Positions 9,621 to 19,445 of a stretch of 64,000 nucleotides of DNA are shown here, piece after piece. Numbering within the stretch: position 1 is the first letter of the stretch; each line of letters begins with the position of its first letter. The notes beneath the pieces are model-generated. The model was given only the letters and a program-made list of their open reading frames with translations, had not been told where the DNA came from and searched no databases. The translations under genes were made by a program, and so were the position numbers. Source of the stretch: Escherichia phage JY01; sequence record OR995200.1; one strand, given 5' to 3'.

Positions 9621-9623
9621 GTC

Positions 9624-9947
9624 TTAGTCTTCTATGATATCTCTATCATATCCAAGTGAAATGAGAGTTTCTTTGAAGTGTTTAATGTTCTTTTGTCTAG
9701 AATCATTAATGAAAATGACTGGATAACGAATGTTAAGAGATGTGAATCCAGCGCGTTTAGCAAGAGATACAATCAGCGGACGATCATACTCAATCTTACC
9801 ATTATTTGTAAGAACTTTATAGAAAGTAAAAGGAGCATTGAGCTCCTTTAGAAGTTTTGTAACTGATTGACATCCAGGACAACGACCAACTTCATCTGGA
9901 ATTCCGTAGACTTCAATCTTATTCTTTAAGTTCGAGTTTTGTTCCAC
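9624..9947 (-). CDS. nrdH: Glutaredoxin-like protein NrdH (start uncertain, possibly GTG)
   Basis: CPGC redox motif in EVYGIPDEVGRCPGCQ; 5' 130 nt of the track ORF overlaps the upstream ORF in another frame, so a GTG start near 9947 is proposed. Confidence 0.65.
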   Translation of the reverse strand: MEQNSNLKNKIEVYGIPDEVGRCPGCQSVTKLLKELNAPFTFYKVLTNNGKIEYDRPLIVSLAKRAGFTSLNIRYPVIFINDSRQKNIKHFKETLISLGYDRDIIED

Positions 9948-10230
9948 GAGAAATAATTCCTTGGTAAGCCCAATAAGGAGGATTAACAGAATCCTCACCA
10001 GAGTTTTCTTCAGGAAAATAAACCTGGATAACGAAGCCGGATTCATCAAAGGTGAAATAAGTAGTAGGCAGTTCACCTAACAAATCGGCACGAGCGTTGA
10101 TTTCTTCGAGGTCTTGTTCACGTCCAGCCCAGAAGCTTGGGTTCAGACTACATTCATAGAAATAATAGTCATTACCGAACATATCAAAACCATTCCAACT
10201 CTCTACTACATACCGCTCAAAACTAATCAT
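9919..10230 (-). CDS. Hypothetical protein
   Basis: 103-aa ORF, co-oriented. Confidence 0.5.
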   Translation of the reverse strand: MISFERYVVESWNGFDMFGNDYYFYECSLNPSFWAGREQDLEEINARADLLGELPTTYFTFDESGFVIQVYFPEENSGEDSVNPPYWAYQGIISRGTKLELKE

Positions 10231-10232
10231 AA

Positions 10233-10448
10233 TTAAGCCTTTTTATCAAGAACAGCATTCAGCTTGTTAGTAATTTTATCCAGACGCTCATTGAACTCAC
10301 TAGAAGATAAGCCTTTTTCTGGAGAAATTAAGCTAATCACGAAAAATACAACAATAAAAGGAATAAGGAAAATAGCTCCAACTGCCATAAACAGAAAGAA
10401 TGTTACAGTTGTAAGAAAATCAGCTAAACCTTTACGAAATTTATACAT
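10233..10448 (-). CDS. Hypothetical small membrane protein
   Basis: 71-aa ORF with a hydrophobic segment (FLFMAVGAIFLIPFIVVFFVISLI). Confidence 0.5.
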   Translation of the reverse strand: MYKFRKGLADFLTTVTFFLFMAVGAIFLIPFIVVFFVISLISPEKGLSSSEFNERLDKITNKLNAVLDKKA

Positions 10449-10568
10449 ATTTTACCCTTAATTGATTAACCAAGCATTGATAAGCACTAAACTATATTGG
10501 GAATAAAATTCTGGACCAAAATGAAAAATCATATCATTTATAGTATCCATAATATAATATAATTCAAT

Positions 10569-11039
10569 TTAATCATGTTTCCACACCCCATCGGTATTTG
10601 ACCAAAGTCGCTGATTGTCTGATCCTCGCCACAGCTTTTTGGTCGGAAGATTTTTCTCATACTTCCCATCAATAATAACATCAACATATTTAAGCATTTC
10701 TAGTTGTTTAATATCTTCAAACTTATATCCTGTCCACAACCAAATGCTTTTATTGGGATAAAGATTTTTTACTGTTTGAACGATGCAATGAATAACATCT
10801 CGGTTATCAGGATAGAGAGGGTCACCTCCGGTTATAGTCAATCCTTCTATATAATCATTATTCAAACATTCAATCAATTGTTCTAGTGTTTCACCAGTGA
10901 ATGGAATACCATTTCTAGCATTCCATGTTGATTTATTATAACACCCTTCGCATTTATGCAAACAACCTGTGACGAAAAGAACGACCCTGCATCCAGGGCC
11001 ATTCACAAAATCACAGGGATAAAATCTATCATAATTCAT
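10569..11039 (-). CDS. nrdG: Anaerobic ribonucleotide reductase activating protein (radical SAM) NrdG
   Basis: 156-aa ORF with CX3CX2C cluster (CLHKCEGC); 4-nt overlap with nrdD stop. Confidence 0.9.
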   Translation of the reverse strand: MNYDRFYPCDFVNGPGCRVVLFVTGCLHKCEGCYNKSTWNARNGIPFTGETLEQLIECLNNDYIEGLTITGGDPLYPDNRDVIHCIVQTVKNLYPNKSIWLWTGYKFEDIKQLEMLKYVDVIIDGKYEKNLPTKKLWRGSDNQRLWSNTDGVWKHD

Positions 11040-12853
11040 TGGTGTTTAACCCTATGCATGATTTCTTTATTTTTACCGAGATTAAATCCGCGTTCGTTCG
11101 GATTTCCCAAATAACCACATGTTCTTCTTATGGTATTCATCTTTTTAGGATCAGTTTCTCCGCAAATAGAACAAACAAATCCGTTTTCAGTAGGAGTCAT
11201 TTCATGGGTACTTCCACATGTAAAACATTTATCTACTGGCATATTAACACCAAAATAATCTAAATGTTGTGCGGCATAATCCCATACAGCCTCAAGACCT
11301 TTTAAGTTATTTTTCATATCAGGAAGTTCAACATAAGAAATGTGACCACCTGTCGCAATGAAATGATATGGCGCTTCACGAGAAATCTTTTCAAACGGAG
11401 TAACATTTTCTTCTACTGAAACGTGGAAACTGTTAGTGTACCAGCCTTTATCAGTAACATCCTTTACACTTCCATATTTTTCTGTATCAAGTTTACAGAA
11501 GCGATAGCAAAGGTTTTCAGCAGGAGTAGAATACAAGCTAAAAGCAAATCCAGTTCTTTCAGTCCACTGTTTAAGATGAGCATTCATTTTAGTTAAAATT
11601 TCTTGCCCAATATCACGACCGACAAGAATATTCAATTCGTGAATACCAATGTATCCTAAAGACACTGAACTTCTACCGTTTTTAAATAACTCAATTATGT
11701 CGTCATCAGGTTTAAGACGAACCCCGAATGCACCTTCTTGGTAAAGAATAGGAGCAACAGTCGCTTTAACTCCTTTTAAGGAACTAATTCTACACATCAA
11801 AGCTTCAAAACATAAATCCATTCGCTCATTGAACAATTCAGTAAATTTCTGTTCATTGAACTGTGTTCCAATATAAGAATCTAACGCAATACGAGGAAGA
11901 TTCAGTGTTACAACACCAAGATTATTACGTCCATCAAGAATTTCATTGCCAGTCGAATCTTTCCATACGCTCAAGAAACTACGGCATCCCATCGGGGAAA
12001 CAGGAACAGATGAACCAGTGATAGCTTTATTGTTCTTAGCTGAAATAATATCAGGATACATCCTTTTGCTTGCACACTCTAAAGCAAGCTGCTTAATATC
12101 ATAGTTCGGATCGTCTTTATAAAGATTAACACCTTCTTCAACAAACATAACAAGCTTAGGGAAAATAGGAGTTATCCCATCACGACCAAGACCTTTAATA
12201 CGATTTTTCAAAATTGCTTTCTGAATCATTCGTTCAGTCCAGTCAGTTCCTGTACCAAATGTAATTGTTACAAAAGGAGTCTGTCCGTTTGAACTAAAGA
12301 GAGTATTTACTTCATATTCATAAGCTTGGAATGCATCGTATACGTCTTTTTCTGTTTTAGATTGGGCATAATTCAGTGCATCGGCGATTTGCCATTTTTC
12401 TGCGTCTTCGATATGTTTTGCATAGGTGCGTTTAACATAAGGAGAAAGTACTTTATCTACATTAGCAAAAGTCGTTCCGCCATATTGATGGGAAGCAACT
12501 TGCGCAGTAATTTGTGCCATAATTGCAGTAGCAACACCGATTGATTTAGGAGTTTCAATCTGCGCATTACCAAGCTTAAATCCGTTCTCAAGCATTCCTT
12601 TTAAATCTACTAAACAACAATTAGTAAATGGAAGAGCAGGGGAATAATCAATATCATGAAAATGAATAATTCCGCTTTCATGCGCTTTCATAATAAAAGA
12701 CGGGACCATATTTTTGGCAATGTGTTTAGACACAATACCAGCCATAAGGTCCCGTTGAGTTGGAAAAACACGAGAATCTTTATTAGCATTCTCGTTTAAA
12801 AGGTCTTTATTAGTTTTATGAATCAATCCTTCAATTTCTTTTTCAATTGTCAT
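11036..12853 (-). CDS. nrdD: Anaerobic ribonucleoside-triphosphate reductase NrdD, uninterrupted
   Basis: 605-aa ORF with C-terminal glycyl-radical motif RRTCGYLG and Cys-rich zinc ribbon (CFTCGSTHE...CSICGE). Confidence 0.93.
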   Translation of the reverse strand: MTIEKEIEGLIHKTNKDLLNENANKDSRVFPTQRDLMAGIVSKHIAKNMVPSFIMKAHESGIIHFHDIDYSPALPFTNCCLVDLKGMLENGFKLGNAQIETPKSIGVATAIMAQITAQVASHQYGGTTFANVDKVLSPYVKRTYAKHIEDAEKWQIADALNYAQSKTEKDVYDAFQAYEYEVNTLFSSNGQTPFVTITFGTGTDWTERMIQKAILKNRIKGLGRDGITPIFPKLVMFVEEGVNLYKDDPNYDIKQLALECASKRMYPDIISAKNNKAITGSSVPVSPMGCRSFLSVWKDSTGNEILDGRNNLGVVTLNLPRIALDSYIGTQFNEQKFTELFNERMDLCFEALMCRISSLKGVKATVAPILYQEGAFGVRLKPDDDIIELFKNGRSSVSLGYIGIHELNILVGRDIGQEILTKMNAHLKQWTERTGFAFSLYSTPAENLCYRFCKLDTEKYGSVKDVTDKGWYTNSFHVSVEENVTPFEKISREAPYHFIATGGHISYVELPDMKNNLKGLEAVWDYAAQHLDYFGVNMPVDKCFTCGSTHEMTPTENGFVCSICGETDPKKMNTIRRTCGYLGNPNERGFNLGKNKEIMHRVKHQ

Positions 12854-13323
12854 TTTAAACTCTTTCTAAGCTGCTTCTTAAATGAAGCTATTAATTGTGT
12901 TTTAGTGTCAGATTCATTATATTCAAATCCTCTTTGAAGCATCTCGGCCATCATTTCCTCTTTTCCTAAACGAGAAAATTCCTTTGATTTATCTCCAACA
13001 AAGTTAGGGTGAATATTATTTTGGGTGTAATCGGATTTTAAATAAGTAAGTAAATTTTCTAACCATTCAAGATAATCAACACCTTGTCCCTTTAAGCCAG
13101 AACGATTAAATTTATGCTTCATTTGACCTTCTGCGGCATTGCATAGATTACAAAGCAATCCACGTACCTTTCCTGCTTTTGGTCCATTTAATTCATGGTC
13201 ATGATCAAGATGATTAGCTTGAACATCAGGATTTAGTTCTCGTTGGCAAATTAAGCATTTACCGTTTTGTGCATTATAAAATTTTTGTTTTTCTTCTTTG
13301 TATAATTTGCCAGTCAATAACAT
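12850..13323 (-). CDS. 49: Endonuclease VII (Holliday junction resolvase) gp49
   Basis: 157-aa ORF recognised as T4 endo VII (MLLTGKLYKEEKQKFY…CLICQ…CNLCN zinc site). Confidence 0.9.
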   Translation of the reverse strand: MLLTGKLYKEEKQKFYNAQNGKCLICQRELNPDVQANHLDHDHELNGPKAGKVRGLLCNLCNAAEGQMKHKFNRSGLKGQGVDYLEWLENLLTYLKSDYTQNNIHPNFVGDKSKEFSRLGKEEMMAEMLQRGFEYNESDTKTQLIASFKKQLRKSLK

Positions 13324-13368
13324 AATAAAACCCTTACCTTAAATAGATAAGGGTATTTATTATTTTTA

Positions 13369-13411
13369 AGTATTGTAAAACATTCGATGCAATCGTTTAT
13401 ACTGTCGAATC
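13369..13411. repeat. Imperfect direct repeat, copy 1 (second copy at 13581-13624)
   Basis: About 43 nt aagtattgtaaaacatt(c/t)gatgcaatcg… shared with the pin 3' end, 4 mismatches, 212 nt apart. Confidence 0.8.
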
Positions 13412-13578
13412 ATCTTTTTAGTAGGACGAGAATAGGTTCCTACGCAAGTGGTCATATGAGGGTCCGTAGAATGTCCTTTAATAAAAAGTTTCCAAACCTT
13501 ACCGCCATTTAACTTTTCAGTATAAACCAATTCGGTTTTCATTAAAATGTCCTGTCAGAAAAAGAATTTTGAGTTTTT

Positions 13579-14064
13579 TCAAGTATTGTAAAACATTTGA
13601 TGCAATCGCTTATATTGCCGAATCTTTTGGTCAGAAAAAGAAATTTGAGTTTCAAGCCATTCAATGTACTCTGCGGCAGCTTGCATCAGGTTACCTTCAT
13701 AGCCATCGTTATTTTCTTGCGCAGCTAATTTAGCTAATGCGTATGAAATACGTTCACCTTGAAAAGCGGCTTTAGGATTCTGAACATCTTGGCTAGTTCT
13801 CTCTACAACTTCTTCAATTTCGCCATTTTCAACGGATTCAGTATTCCACAAACACCAGTATGTAATTGGCTTATCATAGATGTTAATAATCTTTCCGTCG
13901 GAAAGTTCAATTTCAATAATTCCAGTATCAGGTTCTATATCATCTTCGCATTCTTTTGCAAGTTCACGAACTTTAAAGACAGTACCTGCACTAAGTTCCG
14001 GCCAGTAATTACATAGCCCTGTATCAACACGATTAATTCTAAACCACTTATCTACTGTAATCAT
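13579..14064 (-). CDS. pin: Protease inhibitor Pin
   Basis: Track ORF trimmed to Met7 (MITVDKWF…), 161 aa, matching T4 pin size and position. Confidence 0.75.
   Translation of the reverse strand: MITVDKWFRINRVDTGLCNYWPELSAGTVFKVRELAKECEDDIEPDTGIIEIELSDGKIINIYDKPITYWCLWNTESVENGEIEEVVERTSQDVQNPKAAFQGERISYALAKLAAQENNDGYEGNLMQAAAEYIEWLETQISFSDQKIRQYKRLHQMFYNT
13581..13624. repeat. Imperfect direct repeat, copy 2 (encodes pin C-terminus)
   Basis: Matches 13369-13411; a second short repeat gtcagaaaaagaa(t/a)tttgagtt occurs at 13551-13572 and 13630-13652. Confidence 0.8.
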
Positions 14065-14186
14065 GTCCCATCTCCATATCAATTAAGTCATTTATCGTTG
14101 GTTCATTATATACTGTTTCTTCATCAGTGTAAACCGGTTCTTCCGGCTCTGGCTCTACAGTTTCCCATCTAGCCGCCCACCAAGGT

Positions 14187-14396
14187 TTAACCCCGAAGCT
14201 TATTAAGTTCTTCATAATCAATCCAGGATTCTAATCCTGATGGCAGGTCACATTCAATTTCCCAAAGAAGTTCTTCAATTTTATGAAGACGATCTAATTC
14301 TTCAACAGGAATAGTAACCATTGATGGAGCTCTTGCTGCACTAATATCGTATATCATATTTACCCCAGTTTGACCATGCAATCGCCGTATTTCCAC
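14187..14396 (-). CDS. Hypothetical protein
   Basis: 69-aa ORF between pin and nrdC. Confidence 0.45.
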   Translation of the reverse strand: MEIRRLHGQTGVNMIYDISAARAPSMVTIPVEELDRLHKIEELLWEIECDLPSGLESWIDYEELNKLRG

Positions 14397-14575
14397 TTAG
14401 AAATAGACTTTTCACCATTAGAATAATAAACTTCGAGTTTAGCACGATTATTTTTAATTTGAATAACCTTGGCTGTCATCAAAGTTCCATACCCATAATA
14501 AACTGCAACTTCATCACCTACATATACCGCGCTTCCGCGGTAATCATGAATATAGTCAGTTCCTTCGAGCATCAT
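14360..14575 (-). CDS. Hypothetical protein
   Basis: 71-aa ORF; overlaps nrdC stop by 4 nt. Confidence 0.45.
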   Translation of the reverse strand: MMLEGTDYIHDYRGSAVYVGDEVAVYYGYGTLMTAKVIQIKNNRAKLEVYYSNGEKSISKWKYGDCMVKLG

Positions 14576-14835
14576 TTAAAATATTCTCGCAGTTGGTCAA
14601 ATCCACCAATATGACTTCCATCAGGAGCAAATACCTGAGGCATTGTCAAGCCGATTTGAGTATCACGACCTAGTTTAGTCAGAAGCTCAGCGATTTTCTC
14701 ATCATCAAAAACACCTTTTTCCGGCATAATGTTGATAAATTCAAACGGCTGTTTCTTCACAGTCAAAAGACGTTTTGCATTATCGCAATACACGCATTTA
14801 TGAATGTTGCTATCATAACCATATACTTTAAACAT
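14572..14835 (-). CDS. nrdC: Thioredoxin/glutaredoxin NrdC
   Basis: 87-aa ORF with CVYC active site, recognised as T4 thioredoxin. Confidence 0.85.
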   Translation of the reverse strand: MFKVYGYDSNIHKCVYCDNAKRLLTVKKQPFEFINIMPEKGVFDDEKIAELLTKLGRDTQIGLTMPQVFAPDGSHIGGFDQLREYFK

Positions 14836-14836
14836 A

Positions 14837-15079
14837 TTATTCCTTAATTCCTAGTACTTGTTTAAAAGTCTCGTCGTAATCAAGACTTTGGCCCGTTTGT
14901 TCTTTATGTTTGTATATAATATCACTTACTTCTGATAGCATATTTTTATATGAACGAGTTAAAGCAGATTTAAGCACGCTGTATCTATCAGGAAATTTAC
15001 CGTGTTCATTATAATAAGCTATTGCTAATTCACGGACTGCCTTTTCAGCAGCCTCCATATATTCTTTACGCTTGGTCAT
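14837..15079 (-). CDS. Hypothetical protein
   Basis: 80-aa ORF, co-oriented. Confidence 0.5.
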   Translation of the reverse strand: MTKRKEYMEAAEKAVRELAIAYYNEHGKFPDRYSVLKSALTRSYKNMLSEVSDIIYKHKEQTGQSLDYDETFKQVLGIKE

Positions 15080-15081
15080 TT

Positions 15082-15471
15082 TTAATCCAAAATATTATTA
15101 GGCATTGGTTGAACACTCACAAGTTCTTTAAAGAACTCAGTAGAGTCAGGCAATTTAACCATTTCCGGAGCATGCTTACTGAATTTATGTTTACATTGAC
15201 GGCATTTATATTCAAGCTCTGGTTTACGCCAGTTAATCAACTGAACTTGTTCAGTACCGCATTCAGGGCAATTAGGAACGTTTTTAGAAGCTCTTTCACG
15301 TCGTTCAACCATAGCCATAATAGCATCCCATGCTGGAGGTTTAAAATCTAAATCGTCGCAGCCGTGAATCTTTCCACGCATTTCCATATCATCTTCCTCA
15401 CCAGCCATAATAATTTTAATTAAACTGGAATTACTTGAAGCTGCAATGTCTTCTAATAAACGCTTTTTCAT
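15082..15471 (-). CDS. Hypothetical protein with putative zinc ribbon
   Basis: 129-aa ORF with CPECG…CRQC pairs. Confidence 0.5.
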   Translation of the reverse strand: MKKRLLEDIAASSNSSLIKIIMAGEEDDMEMRGKIHGCDDLDFKPPAWDAIMAMVERRERASKNVPNCPECGTEQVQLINWRKPELEYKCRQCKHKFSKHAPEMVKLPDSTEFFKELVSVQPMPNNILD

Positions 15472-16397
15472 TTCAATACCTCAATAGCATTACGTAAACC
15501 ATTTGCTTTTGCATTAAGAGCTTTTAACAATTTGGTGTGTTCTGCAATTTGGGCTTCAACTTCAATCAAACGGGCATTGAGATATTCACGTTCTTCACTC
15601 AGATTATCAACCTTTTCTACTTTAGGCTCTTTTACAACTGTCTTATATGTATTAGGGTTCTTCAGTTTAATTAGAATGCGTGAACTGTATAACATTGAAC
15701 CATTATCTTCGGTTTCGTCATACATTTCCACTACGTCCATAATTTTTAACATCATGCGGAGTTTATAAGACAACGAACGAATAGTTTTGTTGTGCTTATT
15801 AATTTCTTTAGCTGTCATGGTGCCAAGATTACGTGAGTAATAATAAGGAACCTGGATATTAATTAATACTGATGAACCACCTGGCTTGTGTGTTACTTCA
15901 TCAGCAATAACCCAGTCCTTAACATGAACTGTATTTGTACGGTCATCGCCCGCGGTAAATAGTTTGCGAGCATGCTTAAAAAGCATATTCACTTGGTCAT
16001 TGAATTGACAAGCAAATTTATCAGCAAATTTAGTTTCAGGAATGGTAGAAAACCAATCAGCCAAATGAGTCTTTTTAACATCATTAACAATAGTAAATTC
16101 AACCAAATCGGTTATAGATGTCTCAGATTTAATGAAGCTTGGCTTCATAAAGTTTTTAATGTTCTCATGAGCTACAGTAGAAGATAACATACGAGAACGT
16201 TTAAACCATTCAAGCAAATTTCCTAACGAATGAGAATAAGCATTCTGAGTATCTTTACAGATATGATTTTCCTGCCCAACATATTGAAGAAAATCACGAA
16301 GAATATTATTAACTACTGCTCTGTGCCCTATCTGATAATTACGATGTTTAGTAATAAGACTGTCAAAATAATCAATATAATGTTTACGAGTTTTCAT
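15468..16397 (-). CDS. Hypothetical protein with C-terminal coiled coil
   Basis: 309-aa ORF; heptad-like C-terminus (…[33 protein letters not shown]). Confidence 0.6.
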   Translation of the reverse strand: MKTRKHYIDYFDSLITKHRNYQIGHRAVVNNILRDFLQYVGQENHICKDTQNAYSHSLGNLLEWFKRSRMLSSTVAHENIKNFMKPSFIKSETSITDLVEFTIVNDVKKTHLADWFSTIPETKFADKFACQFNDQVNMLFKHARKLFTAGDDRTNTVHVKDWVIADEVTHKPGGSSVLINIQVPYYYSRNLGTMTAKEINKHNKTIRSLSYKLRMMLKIMDVVEMYDETEDNGSMLYSSRILIKLKNPNTYKTVVKEPKVEKVDNLSEEREYLNARLIEVEAQIAEHTKLLKALNAKANGLRNAIEVLK

Positions 16398-16449
16398 ATT
16401 CTTCTCACTTGGTTAATGATTTATGCTCCAAGCCATCCTTGGCTTTAAA

Positions 16450-17451
16450 TTACTTAATTAACTGTAAAGCTTGTTCAAGACGATCTAGGCGATTAACAGA
16501 TTCTTCCCAAATCCTTTTAGCCTGTTCATATTCTTTTTGCGCTTTATTAGAAATTTCTAGAACTTCTTTATAAGCTTTTTCCAGTGCAATAACTTCTGGA
16601 CGAATTTCTACCGGTTCAGGTGAATCGTCAAGATTATCCATTAGTTCCTCAAGGGTAGTTTCTTCTTTAGGAGTATTCACAATTTCCTCACATTTTTGTT
16701 GGTAAATTTCTTTATCAGTCGGTGAGTACGCACACTTTACTTCACGAAGGCTAATTATAATTTTATATCCTTCCCAACCGCATATATTCTTAAAAGGATA
16801 AGTATGAATATTTTCTACTGTTTCCATACAAAGTAATGCGGTCTCTAATTGACGAGTTATAGTGCTAGCAATTGAGAAAAATTTATTAATGTTCTTTTGG
16901 TTAGTTTCTGGTGTAAAAAATCCATAATTCACAAAAATAGCTACTTTATTTTTATCAAGCTCATATTCTTTTACGATAATCATATCAGAAGCTAAAGGAT
17001 GAATTTGACGATAATCACCATAACATAATTTAGAAGCTGATTTTAAAATTTGTCCTTTAAAAAGTCTGAAATTACTAATCCAACGACGAGTAAAAATATT
17101 CTCAGGGTCTTCTTTATTATTAAGATGATAAGAATTAACATCACCGAACCAATTATATCCTACTACATCTTTGGTTCGTTTAATTTCTTTCCCAAAATTA
17201 CCAAGAATATCCCGATTAACCAAATATGAAAGAAGACGAGACTCTTTAAAGGTTTTCTTGATAACATCTTTATCTACACGGCTAGAAATTTTACGAATTT
17301 CATGAATAAATTTAGTAGAAGAAACAATACTTGCATCAACACTATTGAGCCATTGATTGATAATAGAAAGAACGATATTTTGACCAAACATCGGTATAGC
17401 TTTATCATCAATAACGCTATTGAATGATTTGATATATTCGTTACGAGTCAT
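16450..17451 (-). CDS. Hypothetical protein with C-terminal coiled coil
   Basis: Track ORF trimmed to MTRNEYIKSF, which is preceded by GAGGAG; C-terminal coiled coil. Confidence 0.6.
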   Translation of the reverse strand: MTRNEYIKSFNSVIDDKAIPMFGQNIVLSIINQWLNSVDASIVSSTKFIHEIRKISSRVDKDVIKKTFKESRLLSYLVNRDILGNFGKEIKRTKDVVGYNWFGDVNSYHLNNKEDPENIFTRRWISNFRLFKGQILKSASKLCYGDYRQIHPLASDMIIVKEYELDKNKVAIFVNYGFFTPETNQKNINKFFSIASTITRQLETALLCMETVENIHTYPFKNICGWEGYKIIISLREVKCAYSPTDKEIYQQKCEEIVNTPKEETTLEELMDNLDDSPEPVEIRPEVIALEKAYKEVLEISNKAQKEYEQAKRIWEESVNRLDRLEQALQLIK

Positions 17452-17479
17452 AATAATCTCCTCAGTAGAAAGTAAGAAC

Positions 17480-17509
17480 ATTATACCACATCCTTGTGGC
17501 GAAGTAAAC
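17480..17509 (-). promoter_or_regulatory. Early promoter
   Basis: Minus strand: GTTTAC, 17 nt, tgtgGTATAAT; upstream of 16450..17451. Confidence 0.6.
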
Positions 17510-18513
17510 TAGTTCAGTGCATTTAGTGCGTTGTTCAGTTTAGAACGTTGCTTTGTCAGATTTTGAACTCTTGACTGCGCTTGTTCTAGCACCTTTTCAG
17601 CTTCTAGCATTTCATTGGTTGCTTTAACGAGTTCATCATCTACTGCTTTAAGAGACTTCTCAATCGCATCGGCGTGCCATTTTTCTACAGGTTTAAAATT
17701 TGAATTTTCAGTAGGAAGAAAACTCACTTTATTAAGTTTCCATGCATCTGTACTACTTGAACTGTACATCCAACATTTAGGATCGTTGGATGAGCAATTA
17801 GTTTGAGGTTCAGGTTTTTTCTCTTGCGTAACTTCGTCCTTTCTCAAAAAATCGTATTTAAATGAAACGATCATATCAAGTTCATATGTTGTCGTATCTA
17901 ACTTAAATCGTTCAAAACGAGGTAAAATCTTAGATTGAACAGCAGAAACAACATCCATATACTTAAATGCTTCTGTCAACTGTGATTTAAGGCATTCACA
18001 AATTGAAAGAGAATTTTTTGTATTAGGTTTAAAGCTAATTCGTGCAGTTCTGTTATTTTCTTTTAATGGTCTTACTTCCATCTGAAGAGTATAACCATCA
18101 AATTTCAGATTCTTTAAGTTAATGTCAGAGCCTTTTAATCGACTAGCTGTGGACAAAATTTGCTTTAATTGTCTACGGAACAGAGCAATAAATCTCCATT
18201 CAATACGATAATGATTTGGATTGAAAAATCCAGATGATAAATCGACCTTACTTTGACCAACGCCTTGAACAAATAGAGGATTTTTATAATCAATAGTTTT
18301 ACAGAAATCGGTGAGCTGTTCACGAGCAGTCATTTGTGTAATATACCCCGCTTTACTAAAATGACGTAACCATTCACTGCTATTCATATATTTAAAGTGA
18401 ATATCACGATTAACTTTATCAGGGTCTAAATTATTTTGGCACAAAAATGTCATAACATCACGAGTATAGCTGGCATTACGAACCATATCTTCAATTTGAG
18501 AACGAGTTTTCAT
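17509..18513 (-). CDS. Hypothetical protein with C-terminal coiled coil
   Basis: 334-aa ORF; N-terminus MKTRSQ resembles MKTRKH of the 309-aa neighbour. Confidence 0.6.
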   Translation of the reverse strand: MKTRSQIEDMVRNASYTRDVMTFLCQNNLDPDKVNRDIHFKYMNSSEWLRHFSKAGYITQMTAREQLTDFCKTIDYKNPLFVQGVGQSKVDLSSGFFNPNHYRIEWRFIALFRRQLKQILSTASRLKGSDINLKNLKFDGYTLQMEVRPLKENNRTARISFKPNTKNSLSICECLKSQLTEAFKYMDVVSAVQSKILPRFERFKLDTTTYELDMIVSFKYDFLRKDEVTQEKKPEPQTNCSSNDPKCWMYSSSSTDAWKLNKVSFLPTENSNFKPVEKWHADAIEKSLKAVDDELVKATNEMLEAEKVLEQAQSRVQNLTKQRSKLNNALNALN

Positions 18514-18521
18514 GGTGTTCC

Positions 18522-19445
18522 TTAAGATTTAAGTAAATCAACAATTTTAATTAATTTTTCACGCTCAGATTTAGCTTTACTACTCAATCCAGATAGTCTA
18601 AAAATTTCATCATCATATTGTTGAATAGAAATATTCAGCTCTTCAATCTGCTTATTAAAATAATCAATTTGTTCAGAATGTTTTTCGTTACTACGAACTG
18701 GTACAGGTTTTGTAGGCAATTTAGTTGAACTGGATTCATCCGGGCGATAAATTAAAATACAACTTGAACCAATTGGACATTTTGCACCAGATGAATATTC
18801 TAATGTTCCAGATTCTTTTAAAACTTCAAAAGCTAAACAGAGATGATGACCCATATTGACATAATCAGTAGAGCGAGCTCTGATGTAATAATCATCTCCA
18901 CGAGTACTAAATTTAAAGCATTTAAGGTCTTCTGTATTATTGGTCTTAAAAATCATTTGTTTATCTAGACCTTTAGCTAATCGAGCGCCTAATGCTAATA
19001 ATCGTCGTTGATTTTCCCACAAATCTGCAATCATTTGGTCAAATGATAATTTTGGCATTAGTCGACCATAAAGGTCATATCCTTTATTATAATTACGAAG
19101 AATTTCACTCGCATTAATACGAGACAATGCTCCAATTTTATTAAGGGCTTTCATGATGCGATTAGATAAACTCATTCCAGATCCGTTTGTTCGCTGTAAA
19201 TGTTTTTCTAATCCAAATCCAATATCAACTTTAAATTTATCTAAAATTTCAGCATGAACATCTCTGTCAATAACATTCAAATCCAAAGTTGGGTTAAATC
19301 TATGAAAAAATTTATCTGGCTCTCCACGACGAAGTACAGTCCATTCATTCAATTTTTTATTAACTAAAGATTTAATTACTGTATTGACATTATTAATTAC
19401 TACTGACATATTTTCCTCACTCAATTTCAATTTTACTAAATACAC
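18522..19445 (-). CDS. Hypothetical protein with C-terminal coiled coil (start uncertain)
   Basis: 307-aa ORF; alternative start at MSVVINN. Confidence 0.55.
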   Translation of the reverse strand: MYLVKLKLSEENMSVVINNVNTVIKSLVNKKLNEWTVLRRGEPDKFFHRFNPTLDLNVIDRDVHAEILDKFKVDIGFGLEKHLQRTNGSGMSLSNRIMKALNKIGALSRINASEILRNYNKGYDLYGRLMPKLSFDQMIADLWENQRRLLALGARLAKGLDKQMIFKTNNTEDLKCFKFSTRGDDYYIRARSTDYVNMGHHLCLAFEVLKESGTLEYSSGAKCPIGSSCILIYRPDESSSTKLPTKPVPVRSNEKHSEQIDYFNKQIEELNISIQQYDDEIFRLSGLSSKAKSEREKLIKIVDLLKS

